Source: Verrucomicrobiota bacterium
GTDB taxonomy: Bacteria; Verrucomicrobiota; Verrucomicrobiia; Chthoniobacterales; UBA10450
Length of the DNA: 64,000 nucleotides
Direction: 5' to 3'
Assembly (NCBI GenBank): GCA_003218975.1
Contig: QHPD01000098.1
Coordinates: 11,880-75,879 of the forward strand
The position numbers were made by a program, and so were the translations under genes. Of the stretch, positions 19,123 through 28,178 are shown in pieces (within the stretch, counting starts at the first letter, position 1; each line of letters begins with the position of its first letter). The notes below the pieces were generated by a model, which did no database searches, was not told the origin of the DNA, and saw only the letters and a list, made by a program, of their open reading frames with translations.

Positions 19123-19505
19123 TCAAACATACCTTCGAACCTTGGAACGGTACTGGTGATAGGTCTCACCAAACTTCTGCTCGAGGTAGCTCTCCTCGGG
19201 CAGGACAACTCCGCCATGCATAGTGATTAGGAGCGGAACGAGCACGACAATGCCCTACCACGTATTGAACATCAAGACGAGCCTCGATATAGGAGCGTCA
19301 GCGCCACGTAAAGAGGACTTCGAGAGAACCGAAACGGGCCGGATGTGACAATGGACGTGGTTGGGCGAAAGGGACTGATGTTCGTGGATGAGGCCCGGAG
19401 CGATTTTCTTACCCATATAATGATCGCAATAGCAAGCACGACTAGCGCAAGGCCGGGCCAGAGAAAAATGGCCTGGCCAGGGATTGGTATTGGCGAACTG
19501 GCCAA
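19123..19505 (-). pseudogene. disrupted isoprenylcysteine carboxyl / phospholipid methyltransferase-family gene
   Basis: Family signature TSGPFRFSRSPLY in frame A ends at a TGA (19272-19274). The rest (LVLMFNTW*GIVVLVPLLITMHGGVVLPEESYLEQKFGETYHQYRSKVRRYV) lies in another frame with an in-frame TAG at 19255-19257. This implies a 1-nt deletion near 19282 plus a nonsense codon. Confidence 0.6.
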
Positions 19506-19507
19506 AC

Positions 19508-21022
19508 CTAGCGCATCCGATAAATCACACCTTCCGCGGTGTGCGCCACCGGCTGGTACCGTTCCGCCAAAAGTTTGGCCAGAATCGGAAAATTCTTCAC
19601 TGGATGCTGCGCGGTTTTCGGGTCGGCTTGAACATCGACAATGTAGATCGGCGAATGCCTGGCAAAATCTCGCTCGAGGGTGGTCCAGGCGCCGGGCAAG
19701 ATCCGGCTGCGAGTATCGAAACCCGGGATCGGTCCGCCGAAGATATAACCCGTGAGCGGAAACGTTGTGATGTAACGAGAGGCAGGACGTCTGTGAGCGT
19801 CTAGATAGATTTCCAAAGTCTGACCCCAGACGAAAATTCTATCGTCAGGGCTCGAATGCGTGGACAAATATCGTCCCGCCTCGGAGGGAACGCGTCGCGG
19901 AGCCAGCCCCGTCCAGTGTTTGATTGAGAAGGCAATAACCGTGAGAGCCAGCCACGCGTAGGTCACCCTGGGTCGCAGTATCCAGCACGGCGGCTGCATC
20001 GTCCGGGACCAAAGGCATGCGTAGTACGGTGCCGCGAGCAGTGCGAGCGGAGGGATCAATTGGACGTAGTAGTGAGGGTAAAAGCGAGCGCCCGCTGCAG
20101 CGCCAATCGCCGAGGCGGCAAGTAGCCCGAAAAGCGCTGTTCGTTCTGCCGTCCTTCCAGTCCAAATCTCACTCTTATCGCGGCACGCCATTATCGCCCC
20201 GATTACTAAAGGCAAACAGGCTCCAAGGAAGATCAGCGTATTCACGATTCCCTTCTGCCAAAAAACGTGCGGAACGTCATGATCGGCAATTGTCCAGTAG
20301 AACGCCTCATGGAGAATGCCTTGCTTCCAAAGTACAATCGTCACGAGACCGAGGGCTGCGAAAAATCCTGCCGTGAGCATAGTTGCCTCAATGATCGAAT
20401 TCGTTCGTGTCAAACTGCGGCTGGTTCGATAACTCGGGAGGAGTAGATAGATGCCAAGGGGAACCGCTGCTATGGCGGCGGGCTGTTTGAGCAGAAAGGC
20501 CGCGCCCAAGAGCGCACCTGCTAGAAAGAGTTCGGGTCGGACTCGCGATGAACTGCGGCCGAACGCGATTGCCCACGCCCAGATGATAGGGAGATTCATT
20601 AGCATTTCGGCATCGAATGTGAGGTTCTTCCACGCCCACCAGGGTTGGAAAACACTGTAGAAGAGCGCGGCAATCAAACCGGTATTGCGATCAAACAACT
20701 CGCGGCCGATTACATAGAGGCCGACCATTGCGCATAGCGTCCACATCAGTGCCACCATATGAAGCGCCTTCCAATTGAACTTCCCTGCTACTTTGAATAC
20801 TGCGGCGTACGTCCAGAAAAGAAGTGGCGGCTTACGCTCTACCGCGTCAATGTAAGGCTGCCCGCCGTCGACGATCTCGTTCGCCACCACCGAATACATT
20901 GCCTCGCTGTCAATTGGCTGAGGATGCAAAAGAGACGGAAGGCGAATTGCGACGGTGAGAAGGATAATCCCAAGCGCGGCGAGGCGAAATTGCCGCGACC
21001 TATGAGTTGGCACACCCATCAT
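19508..21022 (-). CDS. GT-C fold membrane glycosyltransferase (ArnT/PMT_2-like)
   Basis: Polytopic, with N-terminal loop motif (DSEAMYSVVANEIVDGGQPYIDAVERKPPLLFW) typical of the GT39/GT83-like family. Confidence 0.7.
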   Translation of the reverse strand: MMGVPTHRSRQFRLAALGIILLTVAIRLPSLLHPQPIDSEAMYSVVANEIVDGGQPYIDAVERKPPLLFWTYAAVFKVAGKFNWKALHMVALMWTLCAMVGLYVIGRELFDRNTGLIAALFYSVFQPWWAWKNLTFDAEMLMNLPIIWAWAIAFGRSSSRVRPELFLAGALLGAAFLLKQPAAIAAVPLGIYLLLPSYRTSRSLTRTNSIIEATMLTAGFFAALGLVTIVLWKQGILHEAFYWTIADHDVPHVFWQKGIVNTLIFLGACLPLVIGAIMACRDKSEIWTGRTAERTALFGLLAASAIGAAAGARFYPHYYVQLIPPLALLAAPYYACLWSRTMQPPCWILRPRVTYAWLALTVIAFSIKHWTGLAPRRVPSEAGRYLSTHSSPDDRIFVWGQTLEIYLDAHRRPASRYITTFPLTGYIFGGPIPGFDTRSRILPGAWTTLERDFARHSPIYIVDVQADPKTAQHPVKNFPILAKLLAERYQPVAHTAEGVIYRMR

Positions 21023-21030
21023 TCGGCAGA

Positions 21031-22278
21031 TTAATTTCCGGATGTGCTCCTCTTAAGAGAATCGTAAATGTGCGTAACTTTCTCAAAAACATCGTCCACT
21101 GTGATTGCTTGCATGCAAAGATTGTTGCGGCAGACCGATTGCCGGTTGTTGTAGGCGTTTACGCACGGACTGCACGCGATGCCGGCCCACAGCGCCGTCG
21201 CGTTTGGCGATCGCGCGGCAAATAGCGCCGGTGTCTCCGGCCCGAACAACGTGACGACGCGAATCGGCGTCATCGAGGCAAAATGAGCCGGGCCACTGTC
21301 ATTCGTCACCAAAATCTCACTGCGGGTGTAAAGCACGAGCACCTGCCGCAGAGTCGTTTTTCCGGCAAGCCGGATGACGCGATCCGAACCGACCTCGTCC
21401 GCAAGCCGGTTGTTAGGAGCGGCTTCGGCCGGGGCACCTGTAAATCCGATAAATAAATCCGAATAACGTTCGAGCAACCGCCGCGCAAGCTGGACATAAC
21501 GCAGAGGCGGCCACCGCCTAAGCGGCAGCAAGTCGCTCGCGTTCGGGTTGAGCAGAATGAGCGGCGCAGAACCGATGCGAGGATTTTCGCGTTGTAGCAG
21601 GGCATTGATTTCAGCAACTTCGGACAGGGAGGGCCGAAATCCTGCAAGTGGCTGGTTTGCAGCAGGCGTAAAGTCGAACGTCGGGAGCACCGACGGATCG
21701 CGGGTCAGTGATTCAACCATGGCTTCGAACATCTGACTCGTATGGAGATGAGGATTGTACAAAAGCCGGTGCGTCATTAAGTCGCCGCGGTACGGTCCGT
21801 CGCCAAAAAAAGTATGAAAGCCAACACGCGATTTGGCACCGGTCGTAAACGTCAGTATCGCGGAGAAACGTGTCAGAAATTCCATATCAACGACCGCGTC
21901 GATGCCGATTTTTCGGACCCGGAGCACCGCTCGCAGCGCACCAGCCGCGAGTCCGAAGAGACTCTTCGTCGCGATCGTTATCACATTTCCATTGGGAATA
22001 ATTTCCATCGTGTCGAGAATGAAGCGATTGTCTTCGAATACGACGAAGTAAACGTTTTCACGTCCAACCATTTTGATTGCACGACGAATTGCGGGATAGG
22101 CGAGAACGGTTGAGCCCTGCTCCGCGAACTTGACGAAGAGAATGCGCTGAACTTGGCGCGGTCCTGGCCGCCCCGCGGATTCAAAGATTCTTCTGAGAAG
22201 GGTTAAAATGGCGCAAAGCGGCGCACCAACCCAGCGATCGGTGCGTTGCAAAGTTAGAATGCTTGCCGGGAGATCCAT
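21031..22278 (-). CDS. glycosyltransferase family 9 (heptosyltransferase-like)
   Basis: GT9 pattern: RRWPPLRYVQLARRL, GAPAEA, LAGKTTLRQVLVLYTRSEILVTNDSGPAHFAS. Confidence 0.8.
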   Translation of the reverse strand: MDLPASILTLQRTDRWVGAPLCAILTLLRRIFESAGRPGPRQVQRILFVKFAEQGSTVLAYPAIRRAIKMVGRENVYFVVFEDNRFILDTMEIIPNGNVITIATKSLFGLAAGALRAVLRVRKIGIDAVVDMEFLTRFSAILTFTTGAKSRVGFHTFFGDGPYRGDLMTHRLLYNPHLHTSQMFEAMVESLTRDPSVLPTFDFTPAANQPLAGFRPSLSEVAEINALLQRENPRIGSAPLILLNPNASDLLPLRRWPPLRYVQLARRLLERYSDLFIGFTGAPAEAAPNNRLADEVGSDRVIRLAGKTTLRQVLVLYTRSEILVTNDSGPAHFASMTPIRVVTLFGPETPALFAARSPNATALWAGIACSPCVNAYNNRQSVCRNNLCMQAITVDDVFEKVTHIYDSLKRSTSGN

Positions 22279-22435
22279 TTTCTGGCCCTCCTAAGATGGT
22301 CAATCTTTACGAAAAAATTTTGGCGGTCCGAGCAGTCGATTGTAGCGTCGAGGCGATATGAGCGCGAACGTTAGTTTAGGCTCCGGCTGCATCGAGCATA
22401 TTTCTGGCGAAAAATGAATCAACGCGCTCTTTTTC

Positions 22436-24022
22436 ATGGTGTATAACTTCGAAATCGCCCAAGCCCCTGACCGGCTTCGGGCGGAGTCAGCGAGCACAAC
22501 GCAAATTGCGCTCGAGGTTGCGCCGCCGGCAGCGGATGCACCAGCGCGTGTAGACGAAACCGGAGTGGAGCTAAAACGCGGCGCGTTCTTGAACACGATC
22601 GCGATGTTGGCTTCGAATTTCCGCGGGATATTCACGTTTCTCGTTGCGCGACTGCTCGGACCGGCGGCACTCGGCATATTCTCCGTTGCCTGGTCGACGA
22701 CTGACATCATCAGCAAGATCGGTGTTCTTGGCCTCGACAATGCGATCACCACGTTCATCGCGCGCTCGGAGGCCGTGGGCGACCGCGCGAGAAGCAGGGC
22801 GCTTTTTCGAATCGCTGTAGTGCTCGGGGTTGCGCAGTCCATTATCACTGCCGTCGTTGTGATACTGGGCCTCCGGTTTTTTAACAACCGTCTTCATATA
22901 CAGCCGCAGATGGTTTCGGCGCTTGCGCTCGTTCTTTGCGCGATGCCAGGTCTGGCTCTGTATCGCATCAGTACCGCTATCTCGCGGGGGATGAAAGTGA
23001 TGCAACACGACATCTACTCACGCGGGATGATGGAACCAATTGCAACGACACTCGCCTTCCTCTTTGCAGTTGCCGTCGGCTTTAAGCAGTCCTCACCGGA
23101 AGTGGCTGCAATTGTTGGGACAGCAGCGTCAGGACTTATTGCACTCGCGCTCGCTTCAACGTTGTTTCGACATGTTCCCCCGCAAAGGGAAGTTGTTTCC
23201 CCTTTCGGCGAAGCACGGTCGCTACTCGCGTATTCGGCTCCCATCAGCATTTATCAACTGATTAACGCGTTCATCGCCCGGTTGGACCTTCTCATGCTCG
23301 GTTACTTCGTTGGACGCGCACCCGGTGTGACGCTTGCAACCGTCGGTGTTTACAGTGCAGTGATCGGCACAGCGAACGGGCTGCGAAAAGTGAACCAGGC
23401 TTTCAACCCCATTTTCGCACCGGTAGTAGCCGGTATGACCGCGACAGGCGATCACGAAATCGCTGCGGCCACATATGCTCGGCTTGCCCAGTGGATGCTC
23501 TGGATATTGTTGCCGCTGGTGGCAGTGATGTCCCTCGCGGGCAGCACGATTTTGCTCATCTACGGTCCAGCATTTTGGCAGGGCGGAGTTTGGCTCGGCA
23601 TCGTCGCTCTTGCCAGTGCTATCAATGCATTTGTGGCATTAGGCGAAACGGTAATCATGGTGCAACGGCCACATTTAAATCTTCTGCATTCTTCGATTAC
23701 ATGCACGGTCGCGGCTGCGGGGCTTCTCTGGTTAATTCCGCGCTTCGGCGTGATGGGTGCGGCTTTTGGTATCCTTTTGCCCTATGTCGTTCAAGGCATT
23801 CTACGCTATGCGACGCTGCGATGGGTCTTTCACTGGAAAGATTCATGGAGTGACATTCGGCCGCCGCTGATCGCTGCGGGAATTGCGCTCGTTCCCACGC
23901 TCGTCTGCAGATTGTTCCTGGGTGGAATTGCCGGGCAAGTCATCAGCGCTGCGGCTTTTCTGGCAGTATTTGGTGTTCAGTGGTTGCAGCACCATATCCA
24001 TCGCAAGGACGAACGTCCTTAA
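22436..24022 (+). CDS. MOP-superfamily oligosaccharide/lipid-linked glycan flippase (Wzx/polysaccharide biosynthesis protein-like)
   Basis: About 14 TM segments and the Polysacc_synt-like N-terminal pattern (GAFLNTIAMLASNFRGIFTFLVARLLGPAALGIFSVA). Confidence 0.75.
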   Translation: MVYNFEIAQAPDRLRAESASTTQIALEVAPPAADAPARVDETGVELKRGAFLNTIAMLASNFRGIFTFLVARLLGPAALGIFSVAWSTTDIISKIGVLGLDNAITTFIARSEAVGDRARSRALFRIAVVLGVAQSIITAVVVILGLRFFNNRLHIQPQMVSALALVLCAMPGLALYRISTAISRGMKVMQHDIYSRGMMEPIATTLAFLFAVAVGFKQSSPEVAAIVGTAASGLIALALASTLFRHVPPQREVVSPFGEARSLLAYSAPISIYQLINAFIARLDLLMLGYFVGRAPGVTLATVGVYSAVIGTANGLRKVNQAFNPIFAPVVAGMTATGDHEIAAATYARLAQWMLWILLPLVAVMSLAGSTILLIYGPAFWQGGVWLGIVALASAINAFVALGETVIMVQRPHLNLLHSSITCTVAAAGLLWLIPRFGVMGAAFGILLPYVVQGILRYATLRWVFHWKDSWSDIRPPLIAAGIALVPTLVCRLFLGGIAGQVISAAAFLAVFGVQWLQHHIHRKDERP

Positions 24023-24909
24023 TCCGAAGCGAAGACATCCCAGGCGTCCCCGAAGAATGCGATCGTTTCGTTGTTGTGGTACTGACGTCCGTCAGGAACA
24101 TCGTGCAGCGATAAGGTCCGGCGTTGCCGAAACACACTCCGCATCATGGCCGATGCGGGCACAACATATCTCTTCACGTTACGCCTAGCGAGGCATCCAC
24201 TGATCCAAATATCGTCCATGTAAAATGCTCCCTGCGGCGCTTGAGAATAATCCCAGAGCGATTCGTCGAAAAATCTCGGTTGAATTAAGTAACTTCCGCA
24301 CCCTGTGATCACCGCCACGGGTTGCGGCTGGCGAAGCTCTCGCGCGCGAATCATCCTGGCGTGCCGCCAATCCAGACCTTGCGGGATCGCTGCACCGCGA
24401 AAGCATAAGGCCGCTGCAGGTAGTTGCTCGTTGTAATAGAGATATGTTTCAAGCGCATCTCGCGGATAAACGCGATCATCGTCCACAACCATTATCAATG
24501 TATTGCCCCGGCCCGCCGCCAGTTCTTCTCGAACGACGGGGATAAACTTCGTGGCCGGTCCCCAATCCCTGCGACATTCCAGGACACGCATTCGCGGCCA
24601 ACGCGAAACATCTTTCGGCACTGCATAAGGCCGTTGCTCCCGAGTCGAAAATTCCGGTATGGCCAGGACGATCTCATCCGGCGGCGACGTCTGTCTCAGC
24701 AGAGAGCGAACCGTCGGCCCCAGGTTGCCGATCCGCTCTGGTACCGTCGAAAGCGAAACAATCACACGGCGATCGCCGGATTTCTTGCTGCTTGCCAAGG
24801 TTTCACGGATGAAACGGACTTGTCGCCGATGCTTTCTACTACCAGGAAGCAGACGCTTGAGACCGAGCACACCCAAAATGACAAGGGCCGCGCAAATCAG
24901 CGGAAACAT
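24019..24909 (-). CDS. membrane-anchored GT-A fold glycosyltransferase
   Basis: N-terminal TM anchor, SLSTVPERI...SLLRQTSPPDEIVLAIP, DWGPATKF, and DxD-type motif VVDDDRVYP. Family not assignable by eye. Confidence 0.55.
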   Translation of the reverse strand: MFPLICAALVILGVLGLKRLLPGSRKHRRQVRFIRETLASSKKSGDRRVIVSLSTVPERIGNLGPTVRSLLRQTSPPDEIVLAIPEFSTREQRPYAVPKDVSRWPRMRVLECRRDWGPATKFIPVVREELAAGRGNTLIMVVDDDRVYPRDALETYLYYNEQLPAAALCFRGAAIPQGLDWRHARMIRARELRQPQPVAVITGCGSYLIQPRFFDESLWDYSQAPQGAFYMDDIWISGCLARRNVKRYVVPASAMMRSVFRQRRTLSLHDVPDGRQYHNNETIAFFGDAWDVFASD

Positions 24910-25021
24910 GGGGACAAGATCGACATCGTATGATCAGAGAATTTTTCGAGATGACACGGATAACAATTACACTCACTCACGAGACTGTCTTGCAGCAGCC
25001 TGACAGTTAAAATACGAATCA

Positions 25022-26545
25022 ATGGCCGAACAGCAACGAATGCGCTGGTCTATGGCCTCAACCGAGATGGAACAGAGCGATTCCGGCCAACAATCCGTGA
25101 TTAAAGCCGTGCTGCTTTTTTTCGCCGCTTTCGCGCTTTACTTTTTCACGCATTCGCCGGCGCTCGATGAAATCGATGCTGTGCAATTTGCGATGGGCGT
25201 GCGCTCGTTCGACCTCTGGCATCACCAGCCGCACCCACCTGGTTATCCGCTTTTTATTTTCTTTGGCTGGCTGGGCACGAGATTTTTCCACATCGGAACC
25301 GAATCATCGCTTTACTGCGCTTCGGCGTTTGGCGGTGCACTTTTCATCGCGGCTTGGTTCTCGATTATTCGCGTCCAGTTTTCCGAAAGGCTCGCATGGT
25401 GGGTCGCAAGTTGTTTGCTGATCACGCCAGTTGTTTGGATGACGGCTACGAAGGCGGTGACGGACATGCTGGCAGCTGGTCTCGTGGGCGCGGAGTTACT
25501 TGCCGCGATCTGCTTTTTGAAACAGGGGAAGCGCGGCCTGATTGTTTGGGCTGCTCTCCTTGGGGCCGCCGCAGCTGGGACACGGCCGCAATTGTTTCCT
25601 GTCGTTGCAGTGGTTCTTGGCATTCAGCTCAAGAAAGGCTGTGTAAATGCTAAAACATGGTGGTTTGCGTACGCGGTGCTGGTCGCGGGTTGTCTAACCT
25701 GGCTTCTGCCTATGTGGTACATGCAGTCTCAATTGCGTCCAAATGAGCCGTTCTGGCGTGTGTATCCCGAGCTCGCGTACGGCCAATGGCGCTGGCGCTT
25801 AAACCTGCCGTCCGTTTACATCGGGGCGGGCGATTGGAGTCCTCACTACCTCGGAATGCGGTTCGTCAGGCACATTCTCGGGTGGTTTTGGAAAGGGTTC
25901 GGCTTCATTCAATCGCCTCGGGTGCTTGCAGCCGGTATCGTTCTTACAACGTGTGCGATCATCGCTTATTTTCGGTTCGGACGCGAAGCGATCGATCAGC
26001 GATTTTGGAGATTTCACGGTCCCTGGCTCTTAGTTGACATTGCGATTGTCTTTATCGCGCTTCCCGGCGATCAAAGATACTATCTCATGGTCTTTCCGCC
26101 GCTCTTTGTCATAATGCTCCGCGGTTTTTTACGATTACCAAAACCGTGGAACTTGTCGGCAATCTGCGTTCCGGCATTGCTCCTGTATATCCTCGTTCCA
26201 TTGGCCATAGAGAATCACCGTGATGAAGCGCCAGCAGTCCGGTTCGTACGCTATTTGGAAAAACTTTATCCGCCCTCGAAGCGCGGCAACGTGCTCTTGA
26301 TTCTACCTGTTGTGTACCGTTCCGCCCAGTGGTACGCGCCGCAATTCAAAATATTGGACCATGTCCCCATCGCGGAGGACGAAGAAGTGCTACGGAATGC
26401 GGCAGCGGTTTATACCGACGATCTATCCCTCAAGCGGAAAGATTTTTACTTGATAAAGCTCGCCGAGTTCAGACGCTCAATGTTGATTTACCCTCAGAAT
26501 CGCCGTGTCCGACTTTATCTTGTCGAACGGCGCCGCTCCTCATGA
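25022..26545 (+). CDS. GT-C-like membrane protein of the DUF2723/TMEM260 type
   Basis: Polytopic. N-terminal loop ALDEIDAVQFAMGV...HPPGYPLFIFFGW resembles the DUF2723 signature. Confidence 0.6.
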   Translation: MAEQQRMRWSMASTEMEQSDSGQQSVIKAVLLFFAAFALYFFTHSPALDEIDAVQFAMGVRSFDLWHHQPHPPGYPLFIFFGWLGTRFFHIGTESSLYCASAFGGALFIAAWFSIIRVQFSERLAWWVASCLLITPVVWMTATKAVTDMLAAGLVGAELLAAICFLKQGKRGLIVWAALLGAAAAGTRPQLFPVVAVVLGIQLKKGCVNAKTWWFAYAVLVAGCLTWLLPMWYMQSQLRPNEPFWRVYPELAYGQWRWRLNLPSVYIGAGDWSPHYLGMRFVRHILGWFWKGFGFIQSPRVLAAGIVLTTCAIIAYFRFGREAIDQRFWRFHGPWLLVDIAIVFIALPGDQRYYLMVFPPLFVIMLRGFLRLPKPWNLSAICVPALLLYILVPLAIENHRDEAPAVRFVRYLEKLYPPSKRGNVLLILPVVYRSAQWYAPQFKILDHVPIAEDEEVLRNAAAVYTDDLSLKRKDFYLIKLAEFRRSMLIYPQNRRVRLYLVERRRSS

Positions 26546-27342
26546 AACGCATTTTCATCACCGGAGCGAGCTCGGGCATTGGCCTGGCCATTGCTAAACT
26601 ACTGGTGGCAGAGGGTCACGAAGTTTGGGGCACATCGCGCAATTTGGAACGCGTCCCCAAAATGCCGCGATGTCATCCAATGCGTCTCGATCTGACCGAT
26701 CCGCTTTCCATCGAGCAGGCATTCAATGCCGCGCTTGCGGAAGCTCGCTATTTCGACGTCTTGATCAACAACGCCGGGGCCGGACACTTTGGGGCCGCCG
26801 AGTTCCTTCCCGTGAAAACGATCGCAAGCCAGTTTCAAATTCTCGTTTTCGGCCAAATCCAATTGATGCAACTCGCGCTTCGCCACATGCAAGCGCGTGG
26901 AGACGGTTTGATCATCAACGTCAGTTCGTTAGCTTCTCGCCTTCCAGTGCCTTTCATGGCGGCTTACAACTCCGCGAAAGCAGCGCTGGCAGCCTTTACC
27001 ATGTCGATCCAGCTCGAGTTGGCTCATTCCCCGCTCCACATCGTTGATCTTCAACCGGCAGACATTTCCACGGAATTTAACGAGAGGGTGCGCAAGACCA
27101 ATAAAACGGATCGCTACGAGGCAAGGATCACCAAGACCTGGGAAATCGTCGAACGCAACATGAAAAAGGCGCCAAGCCCGGATCTCGTCGCGCGACATGT
27201 TCTCAAATTGATCGACGCTGTGCACCCGCCGCCCCAGATAACGGTGGGCAACGTATTTGAATCAAAAATTGCACCGCTGATTTTTAGATTTCTTCCCCAG
27301 CGCGTCCGCCTTTGGGGCCTACGGAGATATTACGAAATATGA
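26542..27342 (+). CDS. classical short-chain dehydrogenase/reductase, candidate 3-ketosphinganine reductase
   Basis: TGASSGIGLA, NNAG and the YNSAKAA catalytic triad region. ATGA overlap with the upstream gene (26542-26545). The reductase role is inferred from context only. Confidence 0.85.
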   Translation: MKRIFITGASSGIGLAIAKLLVAEGHEVWGTSRNLERVPKMPRCHPMRLDLTDPLSIEQAFNAALAEARYFDVLINNAGAGHFGAAEFLPVKTIASQFQILVFGQIQLMQLALRHMQARGDGLIINVSSLASRLPVPFMAAYNSAKAALAAFTMSIQLELAHSPLHIVDLQPADISTEFNERVRKTNKTDRYEARITKTWEIVERNMKKAPSPDLVARHVLKLIDAVHPPPQITVGNVFESKIAPLIFRFLPQRVRLWGLRRYYEI

Positions 27343-28178
27343 CGGCGATCTTTGAAGCTGTGATTTTGATGGCCGGACAGGGCTCGCGCCTGCGTGAGTC
27401 GGATAAAACTTTCTTGAAGCCGTTCGTGCCGGTCCTTGGCCGTCCGTTGATTTCGTACACGCTAGATGCCCTGATGCGCGCAGGGATCAAAACCGTCAAC
27501 TTCGTGGTCGGCTACGAAAGCGGGCGCATGATCGCGCAAGCCAACCGGCTGATTCCTTCCGGCCTCAGCGTGTCCTTCATCGAAAACCGCGACTGGCAAA
27601 AACAGAATGGCATCTCGCTTCTTGCCGCCGCTGGGCACGTCGGCAAGTCCTTTCTTCTGACGATGAGCGACCATTTGTTTGATCAATCAATTGTCGACCT
27701 TCTGCTCCATAATGCGGTACCCAACCAACTCAATCTCGCGCTCGACCGAAAGCTGGATTCAATTTTTGATGTCGATGACGCGATGAAAGTTCAGACTCAG
27801 GCGGACCGAATCCTCAAGATTGGAAAAGACTTAACGGTTTACGATGGAATCGATACCGGTCTTTTTGTATGCTCACTAGACATTTTCGATTACCTCGAGC
27901 GAGTAAAACGTGACGGAGATTGCAGTCTTGCTGACGGAGTTCGATTGATGGCGTCGGAGGACAAAGCCCGCGCCGTCGATATTGGAGATGCCTGGTGGCA
28001 GGACATCGACACCATCGCAATGCTGCAATGCGCTGAGACGCAATTACGATCGCGGCTCGCGCGTCACGACATCGCCAGCGCCAATGCTGGATCTGGTCGC
28101 GGCAATCGCGCTGGGAACCAGGCTCGCGCCCGCGACAATCGTCCACAGGTGCAGGATCCAGTCAGCCAGGCCGAGTAA
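27339..28178 (+). CDS. sugar/alcohol-phosphate nucleotidyl(cytidylyl)transferase
   Basis: Canonical loop ILMAGQGSRL..K.F. ATGA overlap with the SDR stop (27339-27342). The last about 45 codons are low-complexity and overlap the convergent gene. Confidence 0.8.
   Translation: MTAIFEAVILMAGQGSRLRESDKTFLKPFVPVLGRPLISYTLDALMRAGIKTVNFVVGYESGRMIAQANRLIPSGLSVSFIENRDWQKQNGISLLAAAGHVGKSFLLTMSDHLFDQSIVDLLLHNAVPNQLNLALDRKLDSIFDVDDAMKVQTQADRILKIGKDLTVYDGIDTGLFVCSLDIFDYLERVKRDGDCSLADGVRLMASEDKARAVDIGDAWWQDIDTIAMLQCAETQLRSRLARHDIASANAGSGRGNRAGNQARARDNRPQVQDPVSQAE

Noticed and set aside
26329-26541. Upstream extension of the SDR ORF. Similar extensions affect dnaN (51299), the second GT9 (to 53490), the UDG (to 56078), DUF2905 (to 56224) and the first TolC (6854).
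   Set aside because: The extensions overlap upstream genes or lack family-consistent sequence. Internal ATG starts line up with the conserved N-termini and with ATGA/TGATG coupling junctions.
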